Positions 56,736 through 59,531 of a stretch of DNA of 59,531 bases are shown one piece after another. The stretch is from Malassezia furfur (Eukaryota). A program made the position numbers and the translations under genes. The notes beneath the pieces were generated by a model. The model had not been told where the DNA came from. It was given only the letters and a program-made list of their open reading frames with translations, and did no database searches. The DNA lies in assembly GCA_052055015.1 (NCBI GenBank), contig JBQJIT010000022.1, one strand, 5' to 3'. How positions within the stretch are numbered: the stretch's first letter is position 1; every line of letters begins with the position of its first letter.

Positions 56736-59531
56736 ATGGAGCGTGTGCAGTACTCGCTGGAGCGCTCGCTCCCTCAGCTGAGGCTGCTCGATGAGCAGAA
56801 GCTCCTCTCCAAGGACGAGCTGCGCTCCATCACGAGCCAGCGGCAGGCGTTCGAGGCGCGGCTCATTCGGCGCAAGGCCGACAAGGCCGACTTTGAGCAG
56901 TACCTTGCGCTCGAGCACGACCTCAACAGCCTTGTCCAGCTGCGCGCGCGCGAGCGCGTGCGCGAAGCGAGCAAGTCGGCGCGGAAGGACGACCCCGAGT
57001 ACAAAAAGCAGCTGCTGCCGCGCAACTTCTTCGCGAAGCAGGCCGCGTCGTACTCGGCGGTGTGCATCGGCATCTTTGAGCGCATGGTGCGCAAGTTCCG
57101 GTACGACGTCGACGCGTGGGAGCAGTACATCGCATGGGCCCGCAGCCGCAAGATGCGCGTGGTCGCGGGCCGTGTATACGCGCGCGCACTGTCGCTGCAC
57201 CCGTCGCACGTGCCGCTGTGGATCTCGGCGGCGGACCACGAGCTGAACGGCAACGCGGATACCACGGCGGCGCGTGCGCTGCTGCAGCGCGGGCTGCGGA
57301 TGAACCAGCTGGTCGATGAGGACGCCCAACTCGCGCGCGACGCGCAAGAATACCCCCCCGCCAAGCTGCACAAGGCACGGCACGGCACGGCGCGCGCCGC
57401 GCGCGACGCAGGCGCGCTGCGCTGGGTGCTGACCGACTACGAAAAGGACGTCCTGCGGCTCTGGGTCGAGTATTTCCGTATGGAGCTCGTGTTTATCGAG
57501 CGGCTCCGGCGGCGGTGGCGCGTGCTGGGCCTCGACAGCGGCGCCGAAGCCGCCGCGTCGCTGTCTGGCGACGATGCGTTTGCGTCGGCGCGCGCCACGG
57601 CGCAAACGGTCGCGCCCGAGGCGCGCGATGCGGATGCAAGCGACGACGACGACGACGAGGCGGTCGCCGCGGCCGAGGCCGAGGTCGACGACCAGGTGCC
57701 GCACGCTACGCTCGACGAAGAGGACGCGGCGCCGGCCGGTGCGCGCACGACGCCGCGCGCAGGCATTGCCATCCCCCCCGGGCACGCCCAGATCATGAGC
57801 GGCGCAATCCCGCTCGTGCTGCTGACGAACGCGCAAAAGTCGCTCCCCGCGAGTGTCCAGCTGTACTTGTTCACGGCGCTACTCCAGCTGCTGGCCGCGT
57901 TCCCCTTTTTCGACTCGGTGGTGGTGCGTGACTACGGCGAGGTGCTGTCGCTGCGCATGTCGGACGCGCCGCTCGGCTCCGGCGACCAGCTGCGCCGGCG
58001 GCTGGTCGAGGGCGTGCTGCATTCGGTGCACACGCTCGGCGAGACGATGTGGTCCGAGGCCGGGCAGCTCGCCGACGCGGTGCTGCACGCCGTGCACCCG
58101 CTGCTGCACCCCTGGTCGCACGGCGTGCACGCCGACATGGAGTGCTCGGCGATGCCCGCGTCCGGCGCCAGCGAGGAGCTCGAACAGAACGGCCTGCTGC
58201 ACGGTGCGAGTCGTCTGCACCCCACGTTTGTGGCCGCGCTCGACACGCTGTATGCGCTCGCCGAGATCCCTGCATCGCTGCGCGTGGCGGACGCTGGCGC
58301 GGGCGTCCACGACCCCTGGAGCATCTGCCGCCCGGTGCTGTTTGTGCTGCAGGTCGTCTCGCTCCGTCTGGTGGAGCGCACCGCAGAGGCAGACGGCGCC
58401 GCGTCGCCGAGCGCATCGTCCGACGACGAGGGGCGCATCGCGTGGCAGCCGACGCCGTACCTCGCGATGCTGGCGCAGAGCGGTGACCTTCCTGTGGCCA
58501 TCCGCACGCTGACGACCGCGTTCCGCAAGCGGCTCACGGCCTCGGATGCGCACATTGCGCTGGCGTTCCTCGCGACGCTGCGCTTCTTGGCGAACCCCAC
58601 GCGCGCGGGCATCGAGGAGAGCCACCTGTGCAAGTACCTCGCGCGCGCCGAAGAAAAGCTGCTCGCGACGCTTCTGCGCGACGGACCGCACCTCGACCTC
58701 GCCTGGCTCGCGATCGAGCAGCTCGTGCGGCGCTTTGCCGCGCTGCGTGCGGACGACGCGGACAGCGTGGACGACACCGCGCTAGCCGCACTGTTTGCCG
58801 ACGCGCACCGCCTCGTCGAGACCGACGCGCTGCACCCGGGCGCGTGGGCGATGTACGAGCGGATCGGCACGTGTGTCGCCGAGCGCCGCCTGCCGGACCA
58901 GGACGCCGCGGCACCGTTTGCGTTCCCGTCCGCTACGGATGCATCGGACGCAGGTGCGGCGCGTGCCGCGTGGCTCAGCATGCTGCAGGCATGCACGACC
59001 CCCGAAAACGTCGCGCAGGATACCTCGGCGCCGGTGTGGGGCTCCCTGGTTCTCTACCTCGGATGCACGCGCACCGAGCTGCCCGACGACGCGGCGATGC
59101 TCGCGCCGCACCCGGCGCGCGTTGCGCTGTGGCGCGACTTTGTGGCGTGGGCGCAGCACGCGATGCAGCCGGCGCCCGACGCGCCGCCGAAGCAGGCGCG
59201 CAAGGCCGCACGCTGGGCCTGGGCGACGATGGAGCGCGCCGTGTCGCGTTCGGGCGCGTTGCTGGCCTCGTCACAGCTCGTGGGTACTGCGCGCGCACAC
59301 GCACAGGCGCTGCACGACGCGGTGGTCGAGGACGTGTACGCTGCTGCGAGTGCGCCTGCGCTGGGTGTTGCCGACGACGCAGAGGCCGAGCGCCGGCGAA
59401 CGCCGCAGCCCGACGACGCGCTTGCGTGGCTCCTGCAGCACAGCTCGGCGAGCGTTGATTGCTGGCTCGCGCTCGCGCACCGCGAGGCGGCGTGGAGCGA
59501 GGCGGCGTCCGATGCGGCGCGCGCAGCGTCG
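56736..59531 (+). CDS. UTP6: U3 snoRNP-associated HAT-repeat protein Utp6, runs off the window end
   Basis: MERVQYSLERSLPQL...RQAFEARL, IFERMVRKF, LWISAADHE, ARALLQRGLRMN and LWVEYFRMEL. The frame appears open to the last base, so it is absent from the ORF track. Confidence 0.88.
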   Translation, partial: MERVQYSLERSLPQLRLLDEQKLLSKDELRSITSQRQAFEARLIRRKADKADFEQYLALEHDLNSLVQLRARERVREASKSARKDDPEYKKQLLPRNFFAKQAASYSAVCIGIFERMVRKFRYDVDAWEQYIAWARSRKMRVVAGRVYARALSLHPSHVPLWISAADHELNGNADTTAARALLQRGLRMNQLVDEDAQLARDAQEYPPAKLHKARHGTARAARDAGALRWVLTDYEKDVLRLWVEYFRMELVFIERLRRRWRVLGLDSGAEAAASLSGDDAFASARATAQTVAPEARDADASDDDDDEAVAAAEAEVDDQVPHATLDEEDAAPAGARTTPRAGIAIPPGHAQIMSGAIPLVLLTNAQKSLPASVQLYLFTALLQLLAAFPFFDSVVVRDYGEVLSLRMSDAPLGSGDQLRRRLVEGVLHSVHTLGETMWSEAGQLADAVLHAVHPLLHPWSHGVHADMECSAMPASGASEELEQNGLLHGASRLHPTFVAALDTLYALAEIPASLRVADAGAGVHDPWSICRPVLFVLQVVSLRLVERTAEADGAASPSASSDDEGRIAWQPTPYLAMLAQSGDLPVAIRTLTTAFRKRLTASDAHIALAFLATLRFLANPTRAGIEESHLCKYLARAEEKLLATLLRDGPHLDLAWLAIEQLVRRFAALRADDADSVDDTALAALFADAHRLVETDALHPGAWAMYERIGTCVAERRLPDQDAAAPFAFPSATDASDAGAARAAWLSMLQACTTPENVAQDTSAPVWGSLVLYLGCTRTELPDDAAMLAPHPARVALWRDFVAWAQHAMQPAPDAPPKQARKAARWAWATMERAVSRSGALLASSQLVGTARAHAQALHDAVVEDVYAAASAPALGVADDAEAERRRTPQPDDALAWLLQHSSASVDCWLALAHREAAWSEAASDAARAAS

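Overview
Gene-dense, GC-rich fungal nuclear DNA, most consistent with a Malassezia-type ustilaginomycete yeast. This is an inference from basidiomycete-like proteins, tiny intergenic gaps and 21-37 nt spliceosomal introns. I reconstruct about 42 protein-coding genes, mostly housekeeping (SAH1, CDC31, TOA2, CTF8, SLD5, GAL1, SWC4, CAB2, MMM1, ASH2, TMA22, GTR2, YPT7, TSF1, NUP170, SMN, PPM1, UTP23, ERG1, ATP18, a peroxisomal acyl-CoA synthetase, VPS11, SEC4, ATP10, UTP6). There is also a secreted copper radical oxidase and a GPI-type surface protein. I found no rRNA, tRNA, transposon or CRISPR. The main points of interest are architectural. About 48 hand-inferred introns are present, two-thirds of them 21-27 nt, along with 6-, 9- and 24-nt micro-exons. 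The essential TFIIA-gamma gene has an apparently non-canonical GT...GG intron. Convergent genes abut or overlap at their stop codons, and a CACGTG motif sits in many of the minute promoter or tandem gaps. Two genes are missed or garbled by the ORF track (Som1-like, LYRM5-like), and Gtr2 and Gal1 have atypical catalytic motifs. I did not find a self-contained novel enzymatic or defence system.
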